DNA from: Patellaria atrata CBS 101060
Lineage: Eukaryota
Assembly (NCBI GenBank): GCA_010093705.1
Contig: MU006095.1
Coordinates: forward strand, 992,001 to 1,056,000
DNA length: 64,000 nucleotides
Direction: 5' to 3'
Below the pieces are notes generated by a model, which had not been told where the DNA came from, ran no database searches, and was given only the letters and a program-made list of their open reading frames with translations. A program made the translations under genes and the position numbers. Positions within the stretch are counted from its first letter, which is position 1; each line of letters starts with the position of its first letter. Below, piece by piece: positions 27,922 through 39,101 of the stretch.

Positions 27922-29185
27922 ATGCCTAACTACCAGTTTCCTCTCCTGGACTCCCACATCCACCTATGGCCACCCGAGGCCGCGGACAGTAGGTCCCATG
28001 AATGGATGGTCCCCGGCGGCCCTCTGACGAAAGAATACAGCATCTCCCATTACGTTGAGGCCTCTGCACCTTACTTCTCCACCGCATCTGAACACTACAC
28101 TCCTTCCTCACCTTCTCAATCTTCTGCCACCACCGAGCGCCGCTCACACGCTTCGAGTTCTGAAGATTCGTTTAAAGGGACATTCGAACAGTCCCAACAT
28201 CCAGCTCATGGGTTCATATACATCGAAACAGACCGAACGAGACCCGATTTCACTTCCATAGCATCCGATTATATCCACGCTCTCAGCGAACTCGAATTCC
28301 TGCGACGAATAGTGGAAGGAAGGCCGTCGGAGGAGGATACGTTCCTCCCTCACCACCGCAAGTTGCTGAAAGGAATTGTCGCCTTCGCACCCATGATAGA
28401 ATGGAAAAGATTGGATGCTTACTTGAAAAAGGCTGAAGAAGTGGCAGGGGCGGAGACATGGGCTTTAGTGAGAGGGTTTCGATTCCTACTGCAGGAGATG
28501 AACTCCGATCATGAGATGATAAGGAGCGCACTGAGGGACGCTTTCTGGGGTTCACTGCAGCTACTAGGTAAGAAAGGGTACAGTTTCGACGTTGGTGTCG
28601 ATGCGAAGAGAGCGGGTGTGTGGCAGGTCGAGTTTGCGGTAGAGATGGTGGAGAAGACGTGGCAGGGTGTTCCGAGGAGGGAGAGGACCGCGTTTATATT
28701 TGGTAAGTCAAGATGTGCGTGAAAGGGAACCGTTGACGTTGACGATTATGAAAGATCATCTCGGTAAACCGGACTTGGAGCATTCTCCTCCAACAAAACC
28801 GGAAGAGAAGGAGAACTTCACTCGGTGGGCGAACAGTACTCGCCGTCTCGGCGTTCTTTCGAAAACAGGCCCGGTATACATGAAGCTCTCCGGCGGATTT
28901 TCTGAGTTACCGAGCCAGGCTGATGGGAGGACACTATCTCGTTCCGAAATCGTGGAAATGATGCGGCCATGGTTGGATGTCCTATTTGAAGCATTTGAAC
29001 CGGATCGCATCATGTTCGGCAGCGACTGGCCTGTTTGCAACGTCAAGGGACCGGGTGACGAGCTGTCCTGGTCGAAATGGAGGGATGTGGTAGAAAGTAT
29101 TCTAGATATTTGGGTAAAAGATGAGGATAGAGAACAGATCTGGTGGAAGACTGCGGCTGATGCTTATAGGATTTGGAAGTTGTGA
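27922..29185 (+). CDS. LRA2: Amidohydrolase_2-family L-rhamnono-gamma-lactonase
   Basis: LLDSHIHLWP, GFIYIETDR, VRGFRFLLQ, FDVGVD, DHLGKP, YMKLSG and RIMFGSDWPVC. One intron at about 28703-28754. Adjacent to LRA1. Confidence 0.85.
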
Positions 29186-29338
29186 CAGTGCGTTTAATGC
29201 TTTTCTTCAGGAAAACCCATGAAGAATTAACGAGAAAAGAAACGTTTGCGAATTACGAGAGGAGTATGGGAAATACTGAGTACTTCTATCATTCATGAGG
29301 AGTGTCTTATTCATCATAATAATAGTTCCAAGCAGTGT

Positions 29339-30214
29339 TTATTGAAGATTAACAAAGAGACCACCATCCACAAGAAGTTGAGCACCAGTCTATGAACGTC
29401 AGTCTCATCCACAAATATTCTATATAACGGTAATACTCACCACATAACTACTCAAATCACTTGCTAGAAATACAGCCGGGCCCGCAAGATCGTTTGGAAC
29501 ACCGGTTCGACCTAGTGGAATCCTACCCTCCATATACTTCCTCTTTTCCTCGTTCGCCAGATCCTTCTCATTCAGTTGAGTCTTGATGGTTCCCGGAAGT
29601 AGCGCATTACATCTGATCTGATATTTTCCTAAAGCGCACGCACATGATTGCATGAGACTCAAGATACCAGCTTTGGTGGGCGTATAGTGAGTCTGATACG
29701 CTCCTCCGACGAGAGCGGAGATGGAAGATATGCCTATTATTGAGCCGCCGGTACCTTGCTTGACCATTTGGCGAGCGGCAGATTGTGTGGAGTAGAAGGC
29801 TCCGGAGAGATTGGTGTGGAGGGTTGTGTCAAAGAGATCTTTTTCAAGACTGATGGACGCTTTTCAGACAAACTCAACGAGGAAAAGGGGTAACACATAC
29901 TCCAGAAACTCTGCAAACTGGCAAATCCCCGCGTTGCTCACAAAGACATCCAATTTCCCAAATGCTTGAACAGTCTCTTGTACGAGATTGTTGGCCGTCT
30001 CTTTCTCTGATATGTCACCTGGTACGGCAATCAGTTTCGCATCCTCTCCGGCCTCCTCTTGCATACATTTGAAATGTGAGACTGACTTCTCATCCCCGAA
30101 GTGATTGATTGCTACACTGGCCCCCTGACGGAGGTATTCGAGGGCTATGGCTCGTCCTATGCCTGTGGCTCCACCCGTGATGGCTGCTACTTTTCCAGAG
30201 AGGAGTTGGGCCAT
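29339..30214 (-). CDS. LRA1: L-rhamnose 1-dehydrogenase (SDR)
   Basis: ITGGATGIGRAIA, SNAGIC, SSISALVGGAYQTHYTPTKAG (YxxxK), and the characteristic end GAQLLVDGGLFVNLQ*. Two introns. Confidence 0.9.
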
Positions 30215-30814
30215 AATGTGGGCTAAATTATAGTATTATCGATAGGTTAATGGTAGTGTGAAGTAAGGTCTTGATATCAATGAAATTGTTCCTGCTTTTG
30301 ATAGCAAATATATTGTTTGGGATATATGTAGACAGATGACTACATCAATATAGAATCATCGCTGAATACCGGGATATTGTCGCTGCGATGTTGCCCGAGC
30401 TCCCACAGTTGGTGAGCTACCCGGAGAAATCTACATTTGCATACAGTAGTGCTACAGTCCTCCAACCTTACCTTAACTTCAAATTTCGTGATGTTGACGA
30501 CAATAGGGGTGAGTGGTTGAAGAAAGGGTAAAAGGGATGAAATGGAGTGAAGTGAGAGATCATGCGCGGGGTTCATCGGTGCAAGCGCCATGCCATCACC
30601 TCATGCTCATCTCGGACAGCAACTCTTCACATATTCATAGCTTTTGATACCAGTCATCACGTTCAACAACTCTCCGAGTCCACGGGAATGGGACCTACCA
30701 ATTTCTACATGTCGAAAAACAGATTCCCTTATCCTTCCCCGGACGACAATATCGTGACAACACACTAATCCACACCTCAAAGAGACTACCACCTACAACC
30801 GAATCATAGCAATC

Positions 30815-32230
30815 ATGGAGGGACTAGATGGACTGTTAGTGGAGCAGGCGCATCTGGAGAAGAAAGGAAGCTTGCAGCCAGCTGTAGACGATGTGCAGAA
30901 GACGATAGATCTTCTCAAGGCGGCGAGGGAGAAGATAATAGCTGGTCTGTAGAAAAATAAAGCATCGTCACGATAGGTATTAACTCTATATTAGACCCAA
31001 GATCCGCGGGTATGACATTGGCAAAACTCCAGAATCCAGCAAAACAATCAATGGACAAGGTCAATGATGACCTGAAGGTTGTCTATAAGGCGTTAGGGAA
31101 CTATACGAAGGCACTCGACAAGGTCCGTTTGCCTTCCGCGTGACTGAAGTGTCATCCTGATATAAGATTTATAGAAATTCAAAAATGCCTCCCTTCCGAC
31201 TGCAGAAAACGACGCGCTCTCCTCCCATCCAAACCTTATCAACCGCGCTATCGCCATGCATCTCCTTCGTGAAGGCCAGTTCGGCGTTGCGTCCACGTTT
31301 ATTGACGAAGCCAACGCGCACCCACCCCGCCCGGAACCCACACCCGGCTCGCCCAACCCCTACGCCAATGACGCCGAAGAGCACAAATTCGCAATGGACA
31401 ATATTCAGTCGCAGAAGTTGCAGCAAGAGTTCGCAGAAATGTACCACATCCTTCACGAATTGCGGCAGAAACGAAACCTCGACCCGGCCATCAAATGGGC
31501 AAGGAAAAATAGCTCTGTTCTTGAGCATAGGGGCAGCAACCTTGAGTTCGAGCTCTGTAGGCTGCAATATGTGGTCCTTTTCATGGGTTCCAGCACCTCG
31601 GACGGGGGTATGCAAAACACTGACGGGCCGATGCGCGCCTGGGCCTACGCACGTAGCGAATTTGGAGCGTTTCAGGGTCGGTATTCAAGAGAAATCGAAC
31701 GACTCTCCGGTGCGCTGTCATTTTGGTCCAACATGCCCGACTCGCCGTATCGACAAACCTTTCATAATGAAAGCGCGTGGGAGGAAGTTGCGCACTCATT
31801 CACGCGGGAGTTCTGCTCGCTGCTGGGACTCTCGGCAGATAGCCCGTTATATATTGCGGCAACAGCTGGCGCAATCGCCCTACCAACGTTGCTGAAGATG
31901 CAGGGAATCATGAAGACGAAGAAGACGGAGTGGACTACGAGGCAGGAGATGGCTGTAAGTGCCATATTCTCTCGACCAACAATGCTCTTCCCCTTCTCTA
32001 ATATACCCCAGGTTGAACTTCCACTACCTCCTGCATACCACTTCCACTCCATCTTCGTGTGTCCCGTGTCTAAAGAGCAGGGCACGGATCAAAACCCGCC
32101 TATGATGATACCATGTGGTCATGTTATTGCGAAAGAGACGCTGGAAAGGTTGAGTAAGGGCGCGAGGTTTAAGTGTCCCTATTGCCCGCAAGAATCGCAT
32201 CCGAGAGACGCGAAGAGGGTGTATTTATGA
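30815..32230 (+). CDS. RMD5: GID/CTLH complex RING subunit Rmd5/Gid2 (RMND5)
   Basis: LisH-like LINRAIAMHLLREGQF, CTLH (AIKWA..LEFELCRLQY), CRA region, and RING-Gid FHSIFVCPVSKEQ..PPMMIPCGHV..FKCPYCP. Three introns. Confidence 0.93.
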
Positions 32231-32617
32231 AAGTTCTGTTCTTTGTGGAGTCTTTGCATTGCATAGGATACAAGGCCGGTGTTAAGGTCAGTCAGTTCTT
32301 TCTAAATTTGTACAAGTGGAGAATAAGGAGGTCCTTTCCTTTTTTGATTGAGCGGAGACTGGGCGTTCGAATCGGGTATAATGTTTTCTTTCTTACTGAG
32401 CGGATACAAACCTCTCTATCGCGAGTTTTTCTAGGAACTCAGAGTACAATTTCACAATTTCATGGTCTGCATTTCTCACAGCTGAATGTACAGTGACAAG
32501 GCGTTTACCAGGGTATTATATTTTCATATCCTACAAATCATGAGGTGAGAGTCGATAACTCGCAACATTCTACCCGACCTACCTTCCTCAACTTACTCAT
32601 CGCACCTTCCCTCTCCA

Positions 32618-35146
32618 TCAGTCCTCCAAATTCTCGATGACAATCCACACCATCTTATCCGCTCCAATCCCCCCTTCCTCATCCGTTTTACCCCAACGGC
32701 CCTGCCGTCTAGCACACCTCGCCGCCTCTCTCGCGCCTCTCGCAGTCTCCCTAGCCTCCTTAGCCGCATCCCTAAACTGCTCCTTAACCCTCTGTCTCTC
32801 ATCCTTATCCTTCATACCCATCTTCTGTTCCTTATACTCCCTCTTGAACTGCCTCTTCGCCGCATGCATCTCCTTCATGAACGTTCTCTTCTCCTGGCGT
32901 TTCTCGCGCTTCAGCTCCCGCTTGCTCTTCTGCTGAGCGGCTTTCTCAATCGCCAAACTCCGCTCCAGTTCGATCTGCTGCTCGCTCATTTTGCCCTTCG
33001 CGCGAGACTTTTCGGCGCGCGCGTCGATCTCGGAGAGTTTGCGTAGGAATTCCTTCTCGTTGTCTTCGTCGGAATCAGAGCTGTATTCTGAGTCGGAACT
33101 GTCCGAGTCGTCTTTCTCTTTCTCTTGCTTCTGCTTCTGCTTTTGCTTTTGCTTGGTGTCAGTCTGTTCCACGCTTTCGCTCACTACACCCTCTTCCTGT
33201 GTTTCCATACGAGCTTTCTCGTTTCCATGTCCCTCCCCATTACTCTCTCTCCTCTCCTCTCCCGGCATAACCCCCAAGCCCAACATCCAAAGCCCCGGTC
33301 CTACACCGGACCCTGCACCGAATCCTCTCTGTCCGTCGAAACGCTCGCACTGCGCTTCCAAGTTGCGACCCCAATCTTCCCACCTCTTGCCATATTCCAA
33401 ACCCCAGCGCTCGGCGCGCTTCCCAAACGCGTCTCCCCACCTCTCACTCCGTCTGCCAAAATCCTCTCCCCATTTGGCCCAACGGGCACCCCATTCTTCC
33501 CAGGTCTCTGGACGGTTGGGGCGGCCGAAGGGGCTAGTGCTAAAGACTGAGGAGGAGGTAAATGTGGGAGTCCTATTTTGGGGGGGGAAGGAGGTAGCGC
33601 AATGAGTTGGAATTGGCGCATTCGGGTCTCTCATTCGCACAGCTATCTGCTGCGCAGTCAAGCTATTGGAGTTTGGCGCAGGGATCTCCCGCGTGAGAGG
33701 TTCAATCCACGGCTCCAGCACCCTTAGTTTTTCAAAAACTTCGTTTTCTGAGGCGGAGGGTTTGAGCAGTTTCTCCACCGTGGCGGCACGGATACTGCGT
33801 TCTTCCGGCACACCCAGATCCTGGACGAGGGATGAGAGGGTCGTTATGCAGACTTTGAGCCCGCGGGGACCGAAAAACCCTTCGTTGCTTTGTGCGAGGA
33901 AACTCGCTAATAGATGGCTGATATCGCTTTCCTGTCCCTGGGAAGACGGCGTAAGAGCCGGATGCAGCAAATCCACGACCTCGACCCCCTGCAGTACCGA
34001 AACAATCGCGTTCAGATTATCTAGAAACGCGGCAAATTCTGCCGGAGAGATAGAGCGTGTATGTAGCGCTTTGGCGTAGGAGCGGAGAAACTGCGGTGGT
34101 TCGTTAGAACTAGATTCCTCCTGACTCTGATTCTGATGGCCCAAGTGAGAGTTTGCCTGCCATCCGGGTCTCCATGGAGGACCGGTAACGGCAGAACGAC
34201 AGTCCTGGCCGCCCCAGCTACGGTGACGACCCCACGGACCAGGTGGGCCACCCCATGGTCCACCGCGTCCACCCCACGGACCAGACCAAGGACCACCAGG
34301 GCGACCTTGACCGCCACAGGGGCCGCCTCTTCCTCCCCAGGGGCCTCGTCCACCCCAAGGTCCATTTGGGCCACTGCTGCTTGAAGGACCGGCTGCTGAA
34401 GGAGATGTCGAAGAAGCTGGGAGCTTGATTTGGGGAATCGCGATACGTCGGCTCAAGCGGGGTGCGTAGCGTATATCCGCATCCGGCGGGTTTTGAATGA
34501 ACTGGAGGGATTGGCTCAGGAGTGTCCTCGCTAGAGCAGCGGCACTGGGACCGTCGTTGGTGTTTGTTTGAGAAACTGGGGATTCCGGGGGGAATTGGCC
34601 GGGCATTTGGTAGGGTGGTACTGTTTCTGCGATGGTGTCTTGTGGGATTGGAACCTGGGGGATTTGAGGCATCTGAGGGGCCTGAGGAACCCGAGGGACT
34701 TGCGGAAACGGTGAACTAGACGGCGCCTCATGAATCAAATTGAACGGGTTCGTCGTCTCCACACTCGACAGTGTCTCATACGCCGGCGCCGGAGTCTGCG
34801 AAACAGCAGAAATCCCCTCCCGATCCTGCACCCGCGGATCGGTGTGAATAGGTCCATGCTCGTCCAACTCCAACCGATGCACCCTCAGGTCCAGATCCCC
34901 CACTACCGCACTGCTGCTGCTCCCGCTCAGGAAGTCCCGCTGCGCCTGCTCGTACGAGGGCGGTAGTTCGTCGTGCGGGCTTGAGAGGGGCGTTAAGGCT
35001 TGTGGACTGTCGAAGTCGGAGTCGTCTTCGTCGGTGGGGAGGGAGGAGGAGCGGGGGATGAAGTTGTTGTGAGCTGGGGGAAGGGGGTTGGAGGGGGAAG
35101 TTGGTGGGATGGGGGGGTCCGAGGGGGGGTTGTTTGGCGCTGCCAT
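32618..35146 (-). CDS. 842-aa hypothetical protein with low-complexity and repeat regions
   Basis: Long uninterrupted ORF with a good ATG context. Core RRIAIPQ...FLRSYAKAL..SISPAEFAAFLDNLN resembles a recurrent fungal uncharacterised family. Also PPSY motifs, GPWGG repeats and a charged coiled-coil C-terminus. Confidence 0.8.
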   Translation of the reverse strand: MAAPNNPPSDPPIPPTSPSNPLPPAHNNFIPRSSSLPTDEDDSDFDSPQALTPLSSPHDELPPSYEQAQRDFLSGSSSSAVVGDLDLRVHRLELDEHGPIHTDPRVQDREGISAVSQTPAPAYETLSSVETTNPFNLIHEAPSSSPFPQVPRVPQAPQMPQIPQVPIPQDTIAETVPPYQMPGQFPPESPVSQTNTNDGPSAAALARTLLSQSLQFIQNPPDADIRYAPRLSRRIAIPQIKLPASSTSPSAAGPSSSSGPNGPWGGRGPWGGRGGPCGGQGRPGGPWSGPWGGRGGPWGGPPGPWGRHRSWGGQDCRSAVTGPPWRPGWQANSHLGHQNQSQEESSSNEPPQFLRSYAKALHTRSISPAEFAAFLDNLNAIVSVLQGVEVVDLLHPALTPSSQGQESDISHLLASFLAQSNEGFFGPRGLKVCITTLSSLVQDLGVPEERSIRAATVEKLLKPSASENEVFEKLRVLEPWIEPLTREIPAPNSNSLTAQQIAVRMRDPNAPIPTHCATSFPPQNRTPTFTSSSVFSTSPFGRPNRPETWEEWGARWAKWGEDFGRRSERWGDAFGKRAERWGLEYGKRWEDWGRNLEAQCERFDGQRGFGAGSGVGPGLWMLGLGVMPGEERRESNGEGHGNEKARMETQEEGVVSESVEQTDTKQKQKQKQKQEKEKDDSDSSDSEYSSDSDEDNEKEFLRKLSEIDARAEKSRAKGKMSEQQIELERSLAIEKAAQQKSKRELKREKRQEKRTFMKEMHAAKRQFKREYKEQKMGMKDKDERQRVKEQFRDAAKEARETARGAREAARCARRQGRWGKTDEEGGIGADKMVWIVIENLED

Positions 35147-37391
35147 TGTTTTGTTGCTCTAGGTTTGGATGGGAATGCAAAGTATTTAACAATTGTACGG
35201 GGAAGTCAGGTCTGTGTGCAATGTGTCATCAACTTCATCCGTGAGTTTGGAGATATGGTGTTGTGAGGATGGTTGTATAGAACTAGATAGGTAGAAGTGA
35301 GACGCAAAACTCATATTATGACTTCGAGCAGAATATTCAGTAGATATAAACAACTGGCTCTACCATCTGTTGCCTGAAATCTTAACCTTACGTAACCTGG
35401 CGAAGGTTTGTCGTCAGCCCGCTGATGACGAATCCCCACCTACCCCGCCATAGGCTAACAAGCTTCTCACCCGCAAGCCACACCACGCGTCTGATGATGC
35501 TTGTCGGGGAAGCCGAGGGGTCGGTATATAGAACTATTCGCTTCTGCAGGATTGATGGTAGAACTGTACGTTTGTAGAAGGTCAGCTCTCGTCCTCAACC
35601 TTATACAGGTGGAAGATGGAGGGGGATGTTGGGGTTGCGGTTTAGGCGGGCATGGTGTAGGTGTTCATATCCCCTTTGGTTAATTTTGGGGTCTTGATGC
35701 TCTCGTTCCCTGATGGGTGTGATGGGGAGTTTGGTAGTGTTTGTGTATAGTTAAATTGCAAGGATGTTTATTCTGTGTAGAGTGAAGGTATAGTACGTGG
35801 AATGTTGGTTGTTCGGTGGCTATTTGGGTATATACTGCTAACCGATTCTTATACTAGATAGTTGTACCCTTTCGAAAGGCTATCATTTAGGGCGACAAGG
35901 CTGCAGAATGCATGCCTTGACTACTACATCAACTACAAAACAAACTGGAACTTCTCAAATAAGATCGGGGGGATCATAGCCTTGTAGAAGGGGATGTCGT
36001 ACAGCATTGTACACGAGGCTGCTGACGGATTAGGGAACCAATTTCAGCAGGTTGGAAATCAACTTCTCGTAAGTAGGGGGTGTTACTCACCCGATCTGCC
36101 CATGTAGGAAGAATGTTCCTTTACTAAAAGGAACTAGATCTAACTTACCTAGAAACCCATATCTGGTCACGAAAGATATATCTATAAAGAATTCTTCCAT
36201 CTCACAATGGCTCATACAGTAAAATAACCTTTGTCTTTCATACTTTTGATATATCCTCGTCAGCCTTATTTCTTAGCTAGAGAATAGTGCAATAGCCCGT
36301 ATGACTTCGGTCCTCATCCATCGGTCACTTCATAGAGACTCAGTTTGGAGTCAATGAGAGAGGCAACACAGGGAAAACATGTTGATTGCTCCGCCTTAAT
36401 ATTCTCTGACGACCATTTTCCCCTGTGACGTCTTCTTGATGGTAAATAAGCCTTGGAGCGAGTTAGTTGAGAACAAATATCCCGAGTATTTCAGTGGTGA
36501 TGTTCAACTCTGTATTTTCAATATAGGAAGAAAGGATAAAGAAGGTGAGACGGACGTACGTAGGTGATTTTTCCTAGTATAGCTTATCTCAGTCAACATA
36601 GACCCCCCTAAAGGGGCTGCATCGGACAATACACGGGAACCAATCAATTGATCAATTGATTAAGTAGTGATAGATAGAATAAGAGGCCAGGGTTATATAT
36701 ATATATAAAGAAAAAAATGACACAGCAAAAAATCGAATCCGCGTGACTTTGAAAGTCAAAGTGTGACGGCACTGCAGGTAGACGAGGTACCTGCCTCCTC
36801 AGCCATATGTCCCGGATTCGATGAAGGGAAGAGTGTTTAGAGTTCCTTATGAGTTGCCTAGCTAAACTGTATGGGCAGTCACTGTACTGTGCACTGTACA
36901 AGATGTCGGTTCTAGGAGCAACCGTGCAGTTCCGATATATCTATAGACTGGAAAGGAACGTCTCTGGTAGGTGCGCTCCCTTTCATGTACCTTAGTATAT
37001 ATTTATCCTTTTCGAGATACTTCTTCAATGCGAACATCATAACTTGTTTACTCTTCCAATCCTCAAACAACGACGATAAGAAGATATAATTCCGTACTGT
37101 TGAGTGAACACATCTTTTCGTATTATCGCCCAAATGCAGTTTGCTTGGATTTTCTCTCACCTCTCTTAATCTCGTCGAACTACGGTCTAAGAGACGGAGC
37201 TACGTGGAGACCTACCGCTTAGACCGAGGAAAAGATCAAGTGTACCTCCATACCACGAGACAGTTCGAACCCGAGCTCTTCCTCTTCACCCAGCACCCAC
37301 CATACCGAATAGAACTCCTGGAAGACGCGTACTTACATCCGTATCCATCTTCGCCTTCTTTTCCCCCCAAGATAGTCCTGAGTCCCTCAAC

Positions 37392-38039
37392 ATGGAAACA
37401 ACAAACGAGCTCCCCGAGTTGATGGAAGAAATAATACAATCGATTAAAACCACGGCCAGACTCGCAGAACTCGAAACTCCACCTCATCTCATAAGATACG
37501 AAGCTATAGCCGTCCTACAACGCAGTACGATTGCATCCCACTCTTCCCTAAGTCATGCCCAAATCACTAACAGTAAATAGTGGAAGCCCGTCGTGGTGTT
37601 CCTCCAGAAGACCGACTAAGCAGTCGCTAGATCAATTACATTCACTCGGGCAGATTGCCCATAGATCGAAAAATGAGATTAAGCCCACCTATCATCACGC
37701 CGAGGTATAATGCCCAGATCCGTCAGATGGTCGGACACAAATTACCTACTTCGGAAACGTGCCTGCCACAAGTTTTCGACGGGATGTATCAGGATGAGTG
37801 GCATGAGGATTATGCCGCGTATTGTTCCTACACCCACTTGGTCTAATTTCATACAGGATGTTTTCACATGTGAGGAGAAATCCTGGCGCAATGCTATTGT
37901 CGGAGCCGTCATGCTGTATATTTCTGAACTCCTTCAGGCGGTGAATCAATTCGGTGCCGATGAGGTTATTCTTGGGCTTAAGAAAGCTTACATAAGAGGC
38001 GAACTAGAGCTTCGGAACGGGGAAATAACTTGGTTCTGA
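37392..38039 (+). pseudogene. Possible degraded gene of unknown function
   Basis: Three consecutive protein-like ORF pieces in different frames (METTNELPELMEEIIQ..., ...DGMYQDEWHEDY..., ...SWRNAIVGAVMLYISELL...). A branch site and acceptor (CTAAC..TAG, about 37567-37580) have no canonical GT donor. Confidence 0.35.
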
Positions 38040-38291
38040 GGAGACGTGGAGGTCCAGATCATACTCGTGGAGAGTGAGCCCTAGGAAGATATTGTTGTAT
38101 TGGACAAGAGAGGTCAAATGAGTTTCAGGTTCGAGTGACTTGATGAGGGTAGCGTTTGGATCAATAAGAAATGACATCGATTAGTTCATAAGGAAAAGGA
38201 CAATACAAGACTACTCAACGAGAATTATAGGGGAAATCTCAAACCAGACGAAGATTCACATCATCATCCTAATCCTCAAATCTTCCCCCTA

Positions 38292-39101
38292 TTACTCGAC
38301 CCAATACCCAGCAGCAGCATTCCCCCTAGCTCCGGCCGCCACTCCCCTAGAAGAGACATCAGAGCTATTCCCATGCTTCCGAACCTTCCACCAATCCTTC
38401 CCCAGCTTCTTCCACAAACTCGTAACACACGCGACGGCAAGATCATCCAACCCCTCTTCCTGCACCAACATATGCAGTCTCTCGGCTTTCTTGCTACTCT
38501 TATGAGAAGTAGTATGCAGCACCGCATACGCCTTCCCCGTCGAATCAACTATATCCCAGTTCCCGAAACCCGCCGTCGAGGCACCGTAATCCATGATGAA
38601 ATGAAAGAACAGGCGATTGGGAGGTGTAGGTAGGAAAGTCGCTTTTGACTCGGGGGGCATAGTGGTCACAATTTGCCAAGACCTGTTCGTCCGTCCCATC
38701 CTCTTGCCCAACCTGAAGGTTACAGCGCGGGCCATCGGTAAACTCGAGCGTGCTGGCACCACATTCAGAGCTCCAAGAACCGCGGTAGAGAACTTCGCCG
38801 TCTCGAGTGGCCATACTGTGGATGGTCATACCTGTGTCGGAGTGCTGGTAGTCGACGAAGTGGCTAGGGACGAGAGAGTCCTTTGAGGCACCCAAGGTGC
38901 GGGTCACACTGACGATTTGGAGTATATCCAGTTGTGATTGAGGTAGATATGGTAAGTTGAGTAGACGGTACGAGGGCCAATACTACTAGGGATCGTACCG
39001 GTATGTACATCTTGAGAGTGTTGAGGATTGGTGGAGTAATAGGAAGGAGGTGGAGAGTGGGAGAGATCTGTGTTCTTATATGGTTCTGTTGAGCTGAACA
39101 T
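38292..39101 (-). pseudogene. Frameshifted hypothetical gene (PPPSY N-terminus, beta-rich core, C-terminal hydrophobic helix)
   Basis: ORFs 39101-38904, 38907-38545 and about 38640-38292 read as one protein with two frameshifts and no intron signals. The first shift coincides with a GTGTG dinucleotide duplication. Confidence 0.55.
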
